Of a stretch of 64,000 nt of DNA, positions 37,671 through 47,472 are shown one piece after another (the first letter of the stretch is position 1; every line of letters starts with the position of its first letter). The stretch comes from Candidatus Bathyarchaeia archaeon (GTDB lineage Archaea; Thermoproteota; Bathyarchaeia; Bathyarchaeales; Bathycorpusculaceae): contig JBEKTQ010000002.1 of assembly GCA_049515895.1 (NCBI GenBank), positions 96,001-160,000 of the forward strand, in the 5' to 3' direction. Made by a program: the position numbers and the translations under genes. Under the pieces are notes generated by a model. It was not told where the DNA came from and did not search any database. It was given only the letters and a program-made list of their open reading frames with translations.

Positions 37671-38756
37671 TTAGCGGTCGCGTTTGCCAGCTATCCAATC
37701 TTCCGTCCATTGCCTCGCTTGTGGGTCAGGCACCTGAATCGGCGGATGCTTAAACGCGTAGGACGGCATGCTTAGCAGGGCACCGGCGATTTTGCGGTCT
37801 AAAGCGATTTTTGCAGCGCGAATCAAGTCAATCACTACTCCGGCGCTGTTTGGTGAATCTTCTACTTCAAGTTTAACGCTGATGTTGATGGGTCGGTCGC
37901 CGAACTTGCGTCCCTTAAGCGAGATGTAGCAGATTTTCTTATTCTTGAGGAAAGGAACGAAATCTGACGGCCCGATTCTTGTGGGCAAAGCGTAAGGAAC
38001 TAGGCTGGTGACGGCTTCGGTTTTGCTAATTCGCTTCGATGTGAGACGGTTCTCAACGGTCATGTTCTGGAAGTCGGTGTCGCCTCCGAGGTTTAACTGG
38101 TAAGTTTCATCGACGATGACGCCACGGTCCAGGCATAGACGAACAAGGTTACGATGCAAAATTGTGGCGCCAACTTGGCTTTTTATGTCGTCACCCAAAA
38201 CAGGCAAGCCTGCTTTCTCGAATTTTTTTGGCCACTCTTTGGTTTGGTCTGAGGCGATGAATTCAGGCATGCAGTTCACAAAGGCGCATCCCGCATCAAT
38301 TGCGCATTGGGCGTAAAATCGGACTGCGTCATGGCTACCGACTGGAAGATAATTTACTAGGACCTGCGTTTTGGCGTCCTTGAGAACTTTGACGACGCTT
38401 TCCTTATCCGTTTTACTGTCATCGTAGACGTTGAAGATCTGCCTCATGTGCGGCGCGACGCCGTCAAGAATTGGCGCTGGAGAAACCTTCACTCCTAAGT
38501 TGGGAACCTCAGCGAATTTTTCGCAGCAGTTTGGCTTGGTGAAAATTGCTTCGGAGAGGTCTTTTCCAATCTTGTCTTTGTTAACTTCGAAGGCGGCGAC
38601 AAAACGTATGTCACTAATGTGGTAGCCGCCGTAATTCACATGCATTAATCCGGGAACAGTGGTGTTCTCTTTTGCGTCTTTATAGTATTGTGTTCCTTGA
38701 ACAAGGGCTGATGCGCTGTTGCCAACGCCGACTAATGCGACACGTATTTCAGGCAT
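37671..38756 (-). CDS. ino1: Myo-inositol-1-phosphate synthase
   Basis: VGVGNSASALVQG, NYLPVGS, GDDIKSQVGAT, QLNLGGDTDF, EDSPNSAG. Confidence 0.95.
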   Translation of the reverse strand: MPEIRVALVGVGNSASALVQGTQYYKDAKENTTVPGLMHVNYGGYHISDIRFVAAFEVNKDKIGKDLSEAIFTKPNCCEKFAEVPNLGVKVSPAPILDGVAPHMRQIFNVYDDSKTDKESVVKVLKDAKTQVLVNYLPVGSHDAVRFYAQCAIDAGCAFVNCMPEFIASDQTKEWPKKFEKAGLPVLGDDIKSQVGATILHRNLVRLCLDRGVIVDETYQLNLGGDTDFQNMTVENRLTSKRISKTEAVTSLVPYALPTRIGPSDFVPFLKNKKICYISLKGRKFGDRPINISVKLEVEDSPNSAGVVIDLIRAAKIALDRKIAGALLSMPSYAFKHPPIQVPDPQARQWTEDWIAGKRDR

Positions 38757-38877
38757 CGAATGGTAACCATCCAAGTTTATGTTATGTTAGTGAAGGCTTA
38801 ATGTTCACCTACGCTATAACTTTTTCTAAACGGCAAAATTAAAAGGGAACGCTCGCACACTAACTAGCCAACCGAAG

Positions 38878-39255
38878 ATGAAGGTTATGAGCACACCTGA
38901 AGTTAGCATTTCTTATTCGCCGTTCAAAGAAATCGTTGTCATGGAGAAAACACTCTTCAACACGCCTGAAGACATAGCAAGATTTACTTCTGTGATAGCA
39001 GGCGGCAAATTAGCAGGCCTCTACTGGGTTGAAGGCGTAGTCTTTTTGTATTTTCCCCTTCCAGCCTCAACAACCGCAGTGGCTAGAGAACTGCTGGAGA
39101 ACCGCAAGGTTTACTGGACCTTCGTTGGTTATGCACTCATGCCAAAATACGCGCAGACGATTGAAACGAAAGAGAAAATGATTGTCCCTGTAGTCGATAT
39201 TTCATCGGATCCGGTTCTAAAACAGGTTGCTCAATGGCTGAAACTGCAGAAGTAA
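38878..39255 (+). CDS. Conserved hypothetical protein
   Basis: 125-aa ORF just upstream of ribK; YSPFKEIVV...LYWVEGVVF...IVPVVD. Confidence 0.75.
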   Translation: MKVMSTPEVSISYSPFKEIVVMEKTLFNTPEDIARFTSVIAGGKLAGLYWVEGVVFLYFPLPASTTAVARELLENRKVYWTFVGYALMPKYAQTIETKEKMIVPVVDISSDPVLKQVAQWLKLQK

Positions 39256-39276
39256 GCCTCGACTGAAGGCTGATCT

Positions 39277-39663
39277 TTGCCGCAGATAACCTTCCAGGGC
39301 ACGATTTTTTCTGGGAACGGCGAAGGACGAAAATTTATTGGTTTGCCATGGGTTAAGCGGCAGATACATGAAAAACTCGGTTTTACCCCTTACGCTGGAA
39401 CACTAAATATCCGCCTAACAAAAGAAAGCGTTCTGCAGAAAGAGATGCTTAGAAAAGCTGAAAAATTCGAGATTTCCCCAGAGAAAGGTTACTGCACAGG
39501 AATTCTAATTGTGGCGTGCATTGAAGAGTTGAATTGCGCGATAGTGCAGCCCCAAGTACCCAGCTACCCTAAAGACGTGTTAGAGGTTGTTGCCACTTGG
39601 AATCTGCGGAAACGGTTCAAACTGGTGGACGGCAGTGAAGTTTGCGTTGTTGTTACGTTGTAG
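39277..39663 (+). CDS. ribK: CTP-dependent riboflavin kinase (no N-terminal HTH)
   Basis: SGNGEGRKF, LGFTPYAGTLN, LEVVA..NLR...L.DG. Confidence 0.9.
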   Translation: MPQITFQGTIFSGNGEGRKFIGLPWVKRQIHEKLGFTPYAGTLNIRLTKESVLQKEMLRKAEKFEISPEKGYCTGILIVACIEELNCAIVQPQVPSYPKDVLEVVATWNLRKRFKLVDGSEVCVVVTL

Positions 39664-41164
39664 TGCCGCATGATTTTTTTATAAAAGCGATGCGTTCGTT
39701 TACAGCGCCGTTTCTCTCAAGGTATTCGCCGTAAGTTACCAGAGCTTTCATTGCTCGGGCAGCGTCCTCAGGTGAAGAATACGAGGGCACGCAAAGTCTG
39801 TCGAATCTTGAGCGTGTGTAGAGCGCCATTTCTGTCTCGCCGATGTCGCACATCACAATGGGCTTGGTGTACTTTGATGAGATGTTGACAATGCCGTCAA
39901 TGTACTTTTCCCGCAGTCCAGGCATGTGGTGGAGCCCAAGCAGAATAATGCCGTCGATTTCTGAGTCTTGAAACATCAGGTCAGCTGAAGTCACAAACTG
40001 GTCATCGGTGACTGAGCCGGTGAGATCAACTGGGTTTGATGTTGCAGCAATCTTAAGGATGAGATTTTGGTCTTTAAGCTCCTGGAACTTCTTTAATGTG
40101 TCATCAGAAAAGGGGTTGACCGTTAAGCCTAAAAATTCGCATTCGTCAACGGTCATGACTCCAGGTCCGCCTGCATCAGTGAGGATGCCGATGTTTCGGC
40201 CTGTAGCTGGAGGCTGCATTGCAAGGGCTTTGCCCATGCCGAAAAACTCGTCCATGTCTCTAGCCCTGATGATTCCTCCCTGCTCGAAGGCAGCATCATA
40301 AATCTTATCTGACCCCGCGATGGCACCTGTGTGCGAGGCTGCAGCTCGGGCGCCTGCGGAGCTTCTGCCAGTTTTGAGGACGACAACAGGTTTTTTGAGT
40401 GTCACTCTTTTTGATATTTCCAAGAACTCTCGCCCATTCTTAACGTCTTCTAAGTAAACCAGCATCACGTGAGTTTCTTTGTCATAAAGAAGGTAATGAA
40501 AAATGTCTGTTTCGTCTACGTCACATTTGTTGCCGAAGCTTACGAATTTGCTTACGCCCATCTGCCGACCTGTCAAGAAGTCAAGAGCAGCAGATCCGAA
40601 GGCACCGCTTTGTGTAATCATCGCGATGTTGCCGGGAATCGGCCTCGGAGTTGCTACAACCTCATCTCCGGTGGTGAGAATTTTGGTTTCTGGAAGGAAA
40701 AGAGTGTCGATACCCGTTTTGGAATAGTAAACGCCTAGGCAGTTAGGTCCCAAGACGCGTATTCCGCCTTTCTTCGCGATAGCGACCACTTGCTCTTCAA
40801 GCTCTACGTTCCCAACTTCCTTGAAGCCAGCACTAATTATGACACAGGCTTTGACGTTTTTTGCAGCGGCTTCCTCCATTACGCTAGGTACAGCCATCGC
40901 TGGAACAATGATTACGATTAAATCCACCTGACCTGGAACCTCGCTTAGGCTTCGGTAACATTTGAAGCCCAAGATTGAATCTTCATTCGGATTAACAGGA
41001 TAAAGTTCTCCTTTGAAAACACCACGCAACTTGCTTGTTGAAAAGTTTTTGAAGATAACGTGACCTGCTTTATCAATTTTTTTCGTGGCGCCGATTACCG
41101 CAACTGACTGAGGATTAAAGAAAGCATCTAACTTCCTTAATGCTTCTTCCATATCACTTTTCAC
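39653..41164 (-). CDS. acdA: ADP-forming acyl-CoA synthetase alpha subunit
   Basis: FFNPQSVAVIGAT, GPNCLG, QSGA, ASHTGA phospho-His, NPVDLTG. Confidence 0.9.
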   Translation of the reverse strand: MKSDMEEALRKLDAFFNPQSVAVIGATKKIDKAGHVIFKNFSTSKLRGVFKGELYPVNPNEDSILGFKCYRSLSEVPGQVDLIVIIVPAMAVPSVMEEAAAKNVKACVIISAGFKEVGNVELEEQVVAIAKKGGIRVLGPNCLGVYYSKTGIDTLFLPETKILTTGDEVVATPRPIPGNIAMITQSGAFGSAALDFLTGRQMGVSKFVSFGNKCDVDETDIFHYLLYDKETHVMLVYLEDVKNGREFLEISKRVTLKKPVVVLKTGRSSAGARAAASHTGAIAGSDKIYDAAFEQGGIIRARDMDEFFGMGKALAMQPPATGRNIGILTDAGGPGVMTVDECEFLGLTVNPFSDDTLKKFQELKDQNLILKIAATSNPVDLTGSVTDDQFVTSADLMFQDSEIDGIILLGLHHMPGLREKYIDGIVNISSKYTKPIVMCDIGETEMALYTRSRFDRLCVPSYSSPEDAARAMKALVTYGEYLERNGAVNERIAFIKKSCGTTT

Positions 41165-41249
41165 CCTGTAACCTTATGTTGGCTTCAAAGCCTTGTTTTT
41201 ATCCGTTACTCTTCGAAAACACAGTTTTCTAATACAAGATTATTTGTCC

Positions 41250-42110
41250 TTATCTATTAACCTTCTTTGCCAAGGTTTTTCTCACAATGACTAATGGTTT
41301 ATGCTTGATTTTCGACAGCATCTCCCAGCTTACCCCGTTAACCTCCACTTGAAATCTGGATGCCATATCCCAAACCGTCGCGCCTGAACCGGCGCCTCTG
41401 GCTCTGTCAGCTATATTGGTAATTGTCAATGCTTGGCTTGCGTGAAGACTTAAACCGGCAACGGCCAATGGCGTTGAGCTTTTTTTAAGCTTAAGAAACC
41501 TCCCTATGACATAGGTCGTAACGCCGCCAAAGGAATTTATCCCCTTCATAGGCTTGGGTCTTGGCGTAAAAAAGAAATTTCTAAATCTGTAAGTTTTATC
41601 AGTATCAGCCATTACTACGCAGACATTTCTCTTCAGATTCAGAAGTATCTGCCCTTGGATTTCAGTTGCCATTTCAAAAGCGTTTTCCAGAGGCAAAGAC
41701 ACATACGAAAATGGAAGGTTAGAGCCATCTATGCCGCCTTCAGATCCAAACATAAGCGCCTGCAAAACACCTGCCCGCTCCAAAGCCAACTGTTTATGTC
41801 GGCTGCCTGATTCAAGCGGATAATTCCTTAGCCTACCCAACAATCGTTGCCCAAAATGACACATGATTCCAACAGGATAGCCCCACACAATTCGCATCCA
41901 AAACCGTGCTAAAACCCTGGCGGCTAAAGTTGGTTTCACGAGGTTTTCATCGGCTATGTTGCCTTTTGCTGTTGAGACCGCTTTTTCAGAGATGACCACG
42001 AAGTCCCCGTTTTCAAGTTTCTTGTCTAAGGCGTTGATTATTTTGGCGATGTAATCATCCTTTGGTTTCCAGTAACTGGTACATACTGCCAACGCATTGT
42101 ACTTAACCAT
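41250..42110 (-). CDS. CofE-like (F420:gamma-glutamyl ligase family) protein
   Basis: VVISEKAVS, SEGGIDGSNLP, DTDKTY, ARGAGSG. Confidence 0.8.
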   Translation of the reverse strand: MVKYNALAVCTSYWKPKDDYIAKIINALDKKLENGDFVVISEKAVSTAKGNIADENLVKPTLAARVLARFWMRIVWGYPVGIMCHFGQRLLGRLRNYPLESGSRHKQLALERAGVLQALMFGSEGGIDGSNLPFSYVSLPLENAFEMATEIQGQILLNLKRNVCVVMADTDKTYRFRNFFFTPRPKPMKGINSFGGVTTYVIGRFLKLKKSSTPLAVAGLSLHASQALTITNIADRARGAGSGATVWDMASRFQVEVNGVSWEMLSKIKHKPLVIVRKTLAKKVNR

Positions 42111-42175
42111 CGGTTCGGCACTTTCACAGATGAAGTTTCCGGCTCAATCTTAATAAAATATCTTGTTTAAAACAG

Positions 42176-42409
42176 CTAGACAGAAGCTTGGAACAAGCTA
42201 CGTCTTTGTTGAAAGCTGCTGGGGAGCAGGAGGATGATTCTGAAGTTAAAGCTGAGATAGCGAGAAGACTATAACTGCTTGAGCCTAAGAGAGGTAATCG
42301 AATAAAGTGCAGCAACTGTGGAAAGCTCTTTCAACCCAGACGAATAAGAAGGTTCAAGAACACTTTTTGTGAAGAATGCATGAAGAAAAAGTTTGGAAGC
42401 CAAGAATAG
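42176..42409 (+). pseudogene. Small Zn-ribbon protein gene interrupted by in-frame TAA at 42272-42274
   Basis: LDRSLEQATSLLKAAGEQEDDSEVKAEIARRL*LLEPKRGNRIKCSNCGKLFQPRRIRRFKNTFCEECMKKKFGSQE. Confidence 0.65.
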
Positions 42410-42447
42410 AGGAGACATCTAATAGTTTCCTATTGAAAAAACTGGGG

Positions 42448-42930
42448 TCACGGAAAGCCTTCTATCAGGTCGTACAAGTAAGCGTCCCATTCGGTGGATT
42501 CCTTTTTAAGAATTCCAAGCAAGTCTTTCAGAACTCTGTGGTGCTTCTTTTCATCTTCCAATATACCCAGAATCAGTTGCTTAATCTTTTTGTCCTTTAC
42601 CACTTCACTAATTTCCTTTGCCTGCTTCAACATCTTAGCTTCTTCTGCAATATGACTTACAAGCTCCTTTTCTCCAATAGCTTCGCTTTCTTTGCCTATA
42701 AGCGCACTTGAATTCAAGTCTATAAGCATTTGATAAGTGTCTGAGTGTCTCATTGTATCAAGAATTATGTTGTGAATAAACAGCTTAATGACGGGGTTTT
42801 GCGCTGATTCATACAGTGGAGTGAGCTTTTTAGCAGTCTGATCCTCAAAATCTTTCTGCTGCTTGATTTTGCTAAGTGATTTTTCATCTAATATTTCCCA
42901 AGACAAATAAGTTCCCTCACTAAATTCCAC
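42448..42930 (-). CDS. Ferritin/rubrerythrin-like four-helix bundle protein
   Basis: Duplicated helix pairs with DTMRH and EDEKKH motifs. Confidence 0.78.
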   Translation of the reverse strand: MEFSEGTYLSWEILDEKSLSKIKQQKDFEDQTAKKLTPLYESAQNPVIKLFIHNIILDTMRHSDTYQMLIDLNSSALIGKESEAIGEKELVSHIAEEAKMLKQAKEISEVVKDKKIKQLILGILEDEKKHHRVLKDLLGILKKESTEWDAYLYDLIEGFP

Positions 42931-43096
42931 AGGACGATTTCCTTATTAACTTTTTGACCAGTTTCGCAATACAAAGTGGAAACTTTTAGGGTTATGAAAC
43001 GCAGATATTCAAGGAGAAAGAATCATCTGAACCCCAAACTTCCTTGAAATCCAAGCTGCTTAAAAAAACCGAATGACAGATAGTCTACTTTTGTGA

Positions 43097-43790
43097 TTAA
43101 CCGACCGCCATTCGCTGCATAAATGTCCCGAGCCATGAGCAGTAGAGCACTTGTCCAGTTTGCCCGTTGATGGTAATCATGCCATAGATGTTTCCATCTT
43201 TAAGCGCTTGCATTATGTAGTACCCGTAGAACGTTGTTACTTGCCCAATTGTAGTTCCAGTGTAGTTGGCGTTTAGATATTGTTGAGCTACAGTTTCAGC
43301 TTGCTCCATTTTGATTGCCATGGTTGTGGTCGGTGTTCCTCTGAGCCAAGTCATCATTCCACCTGTACCCATCATTCCTCCACTTGCGCCAGTGGTTAAG
43401 TAGCCCATCATGCCTTTGCTATTGAGTCCATATTTGGTGTTCCAAAGCATCATTGCACCTTGTTCGGCTGCAATTGCTCCTGTTTTATTGTTGATGGTTA
43501 GTTCGAATGCTCCTGCACCCGTATTCTTCTCTACTACCATTACATAGAAGCACTGTGAGTATTGGTCAACCTCTTTAACTGAAAGATTTGAGTTACCCAA
43601 CTGAGTTACATAGTTTTGAGCCAACGTTGCAGCATCATTAATTGTCAACGCAGTTCCACTAGTTGAAGGCGTGGATTGGAGTTGTCGTTGTCGATGTAGG
43701 TATAAATATGAATACGAAGGCTGAGGCAGTTACTAAAGCTACTGCCATTACGGCAACCATTACAATAATTACCGTTTTCTTTGTGTTCAT
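43097..43790 (-). pseudogene. Exported Gly/Met-rich protein with two PepSY-like repeats, frameshifted near 43675
   Basis: Signal peptide MNTKKTVIIVMVAVMAVALVTASAF (ATG 43790) is out of frame with the body containing GMMG repeats, AQNY/AQQY and INNKTG/INGQTG. Confidence 0.7.
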
Positions 43791-43833
43791 GTTTTTACTT
43801 CTCCCTTAATGCCATAAAGGGCTTGGATTGATT

Positions 43834-43869
43834 TGACAGTTTGTTGATACAGTTTTGAAACAGTTTCTT
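43834..43869 (-). promoter_or_regulatory. 11-bp-periodic direct repeats TGAWACAG (putative operator)
   Basis: TGACAG 43834, TGATACAG 43845, TGAAACAGTTTCTT 43856; same motif and offset at 44444-44468. Confidence 0.75.
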
Positions 43870-43895
43870 CTGTGTTTGGCTTCCAAGCAAGGACC

Positions 43896-44051
43896 TTAGG
43901 CAGTTCTTTTTGCTCCGCAATTTGGACATATAGACATAGTCTGAGGAAAAAGCGTGGCACAGTATTTGCATGGAACCATTACAACTTTGGGGATTGCCTC
44001 TTCTTTGTCATGGTCAGATTCTGTACCACAACCGCACCCACAACCACACAC
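43896..44051 (-). CDS. Cys-rich micro-protein (CGCGCGC plus Zn ribbon), 51 aa
   Basis: SD GGAGTGA before GTG 44051; MCGCGCGCGTESDHD...CKYC...CPNCG. Confidence 0.75.
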   Translation of the reverse strand: MCGCGCGCGTESDHDKEEAIPKVVMVPCKYCATLFPQTMSICPNCGAKRTA

Positions 44052-44083
44052 TTCAATCACTCCTTGAAGGTAACTTTTGAGAT

Positions 44084-44389
44084 TCATGGAATTCGACTCA
44101 TCATCCCTCTACAACCTGATCCTCCAATTGGATATGGGTTTGAAATCGTTGTAGTTGAAGGCGTGCTCGATTGTGGAGGAGCTGTGACGGCTGGAGCAGA
44201 ATTATAATATCCTCTCATCATTCCACCGTAACCCATCATTCCCCGATATCCGCTATATGACCTTCCTGTGGAAACAGAGTTTGCGGACGTGCCGATGCGC
44301 CCACCCGTATAGGCATAAGCCGACGCAATCAACAGTGCAGCAGCCAATGCTACAAGGGTTAATACGGCAACTAATTTCAAAGTTTTCAT
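44084..44389 (-). CDS. Small exported Gly/Met-rich protein
   Basis: GAGGT SD, signal peptide ending AYA, GMMGYGGMMRG and GCRGMM motifs. Confidence 0.8.
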   Translation of the reverse strand: MKTLKLVAVLTLVALAAALLIASAYAYTGGRIGTSANSVSTGRSYSGYRGMMGYGGMMRGYYNSAPAVTAPPQSSTPSTTTISNPYPIGGSGCRGMMSRIP

Positions 44390-44443
44390 TTTTCAATTTA
44401 CCTCTACAATACATCTAAAGCTGCGTTTGGTATAGAAGTTGGC

Positions 44444-44484
44444 TGAAACAGTCGTGAAACAGTTTCTTGAACATACTGAAACAA
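44444..44484 (-). promoter_or_regulatory. 11-bp-periodic direct repeats TGAAACAG (putative operator)
   Basis: TGAAACAG 44444, TGAAACAGTTTCTT 44455, TGAAACAA 44477. Confidence 0.75.
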
Positions 44485-44617
44485 TTTAATTTTATCCTTT
44501 GAACCATTAACCTATTCTGAGACTGTGACTTCGTGTTGGTCCAGAAACATTGACTTAAATCAGTCAAGGAACGTTTACGAATAGCCTTTTATCTCCTTTG
44601 GCTTGTTAATGCTAACT

Positions 44618-45919
44618 ATGGGTAATATAAGCAAGAGTTTCTCATTGCTTCTTATTCTTGTCTTAGCCGTGTCAAGTCTAACAATTGTAGCCTCTACTAT
44701 GCCTATTGGATTAGGTCAAAGTGGCACAAACACAAGCACTGTAATTAGTTCAGACACGACTTGGACGCAAGCGAATAGCCCCTACAACATTGAAGGAAAT
44801 GTTCTGATAAATAATGGGACATTAACGCTGGCAACAGGAACCACATTAAATCTAAATGGCTACATGATAGTGACTGGCTCACTAATTATTCAGCAAGGCG
44901 TTACAATAAATATACAGAACGCAAGTGGCTACATCCAAGTAGATGGTATTTTGCAGGCATTAGGAACAAACAGTTCTCCAATCCACATAATTGGCAGTGA
45001 AGCCACATTACCAATCATGTTCAACACTACTCCATACTATTCAACAATAACTTTTTCCCAAGAGAGCAGGGGTTGGAACGAACAAACGTTATCAGGGTCA
45101 ATAATAGAGAACACAATTTTTAGTTCGACAACGTTAACTATTTCAAGCTCAGTAAAATTTACACAAGATTCTTTTGCAAATGCTTTGTCAATTGAAGGAG
45201 GAACACCAGTAATCACTGGTTGCACAATTGAATCGGGGTTAAGTATCTTAGGTGGAACACCAATCATATCGAACAATCAAGTGATGGGAGGAATTACTCT
45301 TGAAGGTTCAAGTGCTGTCTTTTCTAATGGGCAAATTACCTATATCGATGATAATTCAATTTCTGGTCAAATACTTTATCTTGAATCGCCACTCGCTTCT
45401 AACGTTGTGATTGAAAGAAACTTAGTAACGAATAGCAAAGATGCGGCAATTGATATCGCCTTTGCAAATAATGTTGGTTGCTCAATGATCATAAATAATA
45501 ATACGATTACGAACAGCGCCGTTGGGATTCAGCTTCATTATGGCTATCCACAATTGATATCAAACAACAATATTTACGATAATACAGTTAATTTCAAAGT
45601 TGATAATAATCACTCATTTAATTGTACAAATAACTGGTGGGGAACGACAGACCAACAGGCAACAGGCAACTCAATTTATGATTTTAAATATGATTTTACC
45701 TTGGGCACAGTGAACTTTGTTCCTTTCTTGACAGCACCTAATCCAGAGGCAGTGCCTAATATTAATGCCTCAATAACAATGCTTAATCCTTCTCCAACTC
45801 CTACCGTTCCAGAGTTTCCAACTTTGATAATTCTACCACTTGTTGCATTAGCAATACTGTTATCGATTGTATTTGTAAGAAAGAGAAATAGCGTAGACAG
45901 AATGCCAGTGATTGAATGA
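44618..45919 (+). CDS. Exported right-handed beta-helix protein with PEF-CTERM-like signal
   Basis: Probable ATG at 44618; SDTTW, NNWWGTTD, VPEFP plus TM plus RKR; paralog of the 24233 N-terminal half. Confidence 0.88.
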   Translation: MGNISKSFSLLLILVLAVSSLTIVASTMPIGLGQSGTNTSTVISSDTTWTQANSPYNIEGNVLINNGTLTLATGTTLNLNGYMIVTGSLIIQQGVTINIQNASGYIQVDGILQALGTNSSPIHIIGSEATLPIMFNTTPYYSTITFSQESRGWNEQTLSGSIIENTIFSSTTLTISSSVKFTQDSFANALSIEGGTPVITGCTIESGLSILGGTPIISNNQVMGGITLEGSSAVFSNGQITYIDDNSISGQILYLESPLASNVVIERNLVTNSKDAAIDIAFANNVGCSMIINNNTITNSAVGIQLHYGYPQLISNNNIYDNTVNFKVDNNHSFNCTNNWWGTTDQQATGNSIYDFKYDFTLGTVNFVPFLTAPNPEAVPNINASITMLNPSPTPTVPEFPTLIILPLVALAILLSIVFVRKRNSVDRMPVIE

Positions 45920-46587
45920 ATAAAAAAATGGTGGCTATTGCATTAATACCAATAGCTATAGGATTTTTGCTGATTATTATTTCAGTATTAGAATTACAGA
46001 ACACAACAAACCAAGTTGCAAATGCCTATTGGATCCATTTTTACAAATCTATTGTTCCAATTATTTCTATCTGTCTTGTAGCAGGGGCATTTCTTGTGGT
46101 AATTGGAGGAGTGTACCTAAAAAATATTAGAAACAAGTGGAGCTACTCCTCAATAACTGTGGGGTTCAGCTTAATCGCCGTTGAAGCAGCTGAACTGGCT
46201 ATTACTCTAAAAGGAACACAAGGACCAAGCGGAATAGGTTGGGGTGATTTCCAACAGCATTGGGCACTTAGCTTCTTTTCAGTCTTGATGGCAGCGTGCT
46301 TTCTTATAGTTCTTGGTATAATCCTCGGGTTAAAGACAAAAAACAAACTTGGTTACGTTATGGTAACTGGCGGGTTTGCCGTAATGCTTGTTGGAGCATC
46401 CGTGTTAGCTGCGAATTTGGCGACGAGCCTTGATTATTATCCGCCGAATTATTATTTCAGTCTTCAGGCAGCTTGGAACACAACTATCTCTTATTTTCTG
46501 ATAATCGGCGCAATAATAGTAGCTACCGGAACTGGATATTTGATGTGGGCAAGAAATAGAAATCGGCGTAATGCCACTAAACAGTGA
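45916..46587 (+). CDS. Multi-pass (about 6 TM) membrane protein
   Basis: ATGA overlap with upstream gene; six hydrophobic segments. Confidence 0.8.
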   Translation: MNKKMVAIALIPIAIGFLLIIISVLELQNTTNQVANAYWIHFYKSIVPIISICLVAGAFLVVIGGVYLKNIRNKWSYSSITVGFSLIAVEAAELAITLKGTQGPSGIGWGDFQQHWALSFFSVLMAACFLIVLGIILGLKTKNKLGYVMVTGGFAVMLVGASVLAANLATSLDYYPPNYYFSLQAAWNTTISYFLIIGAIIVATGTGYLMWARNRNRRNATKQ

Positions 46588-46914
46588 GAAACTGACAGAC
46601 TCACGGCTATTGAATTCTAGTTTGGGCTCACATAAGAATTCATTAACTAATCCCCGTTATTCCTGATTAACATGGAAAGACACCTGTTAACAGTTTAAGT
46701 CAGGTTTAAAATAATATTGGATTTGCAAGATAGCACAGCTTCCTTCAGGCTAACGATTAGTTTTTCTTTGAAATATACTAGATTTAAAGGTGACTTCAAC
46801 TCAAATAAGAAGCTTAATAGAAACTCAACCTACACTATTATGCAAACAATAAACTGAAAGTTTATCTATACTTTGCAAAATAGAAAATCATGTTGCTCAT
46901 AGGGAGGAAAAGAG

Positions 46915-47436
46915 ACGAATATTCGTATCAAAGAGGGAATAGTCATCCTCGCGGTTACGGTTTTATGTTTATCACCTTTGATAGCGCTTGGCTTATTCAC
47001 AAATGCACAAAAAACCAACCATGGCATTTACAGCACGCGCTTTAGCGGTAATGGAGAAAGCTTCCAGACAAGTGCAGCCGTAGATCCAGCGTTAAGCAGC
47101 TACCTCAACCTTACAGCTGCTGGAAAATCAGGCGCAGGTGGACCGGGGTATAGCTGGAACATCGTAACCGGTAATGTCACTTGGATAGGTTCAACTCAGG
47201 ACCCTGTCAAGTCCTTGCAAAACATTCACTTGGTCGTATACACACGGGTGGACGAAAACTCTTCGATAAGCCCAAAAACATACATGCTCTACGTTGGAAT
47301 CCACGTTGAAGTTAATCAAACTGAACCAACAATACTCTCAGATGCTATTGACCATAAAGAAATCATTATTCCTACATTGGGTTTGGAAATTCCCAATTAT
47401 TCCTACAGTTTTAACTGCTCAACTTACGTTGCCTGA
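46915..47436 (+). CDS. Hypothetical exported/membrane-anchored protein; probable ACG start
   Basis: GGAGG at 46903-46907, then ACG AAT ATT CGT ATC AAA; hydrophobic N-terminus in frame with ORF 46978..47436. Confidence 0.65.
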   Translation, partial: TNIRIKEGIVILAVTVLCLSPLIALGLFTNAQKTNHGIYSTRFSGNGESFQTSAAVDPALSSYLNLTAAGKSGAGGPGYSWNIVTGNVTWIGSTQDPVKSLQNIHLVVYTRVDENSSISPKTYMLYVGIHVEVNQTEPTILSDAIDHKEIIIPTLGLEIPNYSYSFNCSTYVA

Positions 47437-47472
47437 AATTCACACTTAATTATCCCGAAAAGGTATGGTTGT

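Noticed and set aside
42272-42274. In-frame stops as evidence of genetic-code reassignment
   Set aside because: TAA, TAG and TGA all end conserved genes normally here; interruptions are confined to a few small or accessory genes
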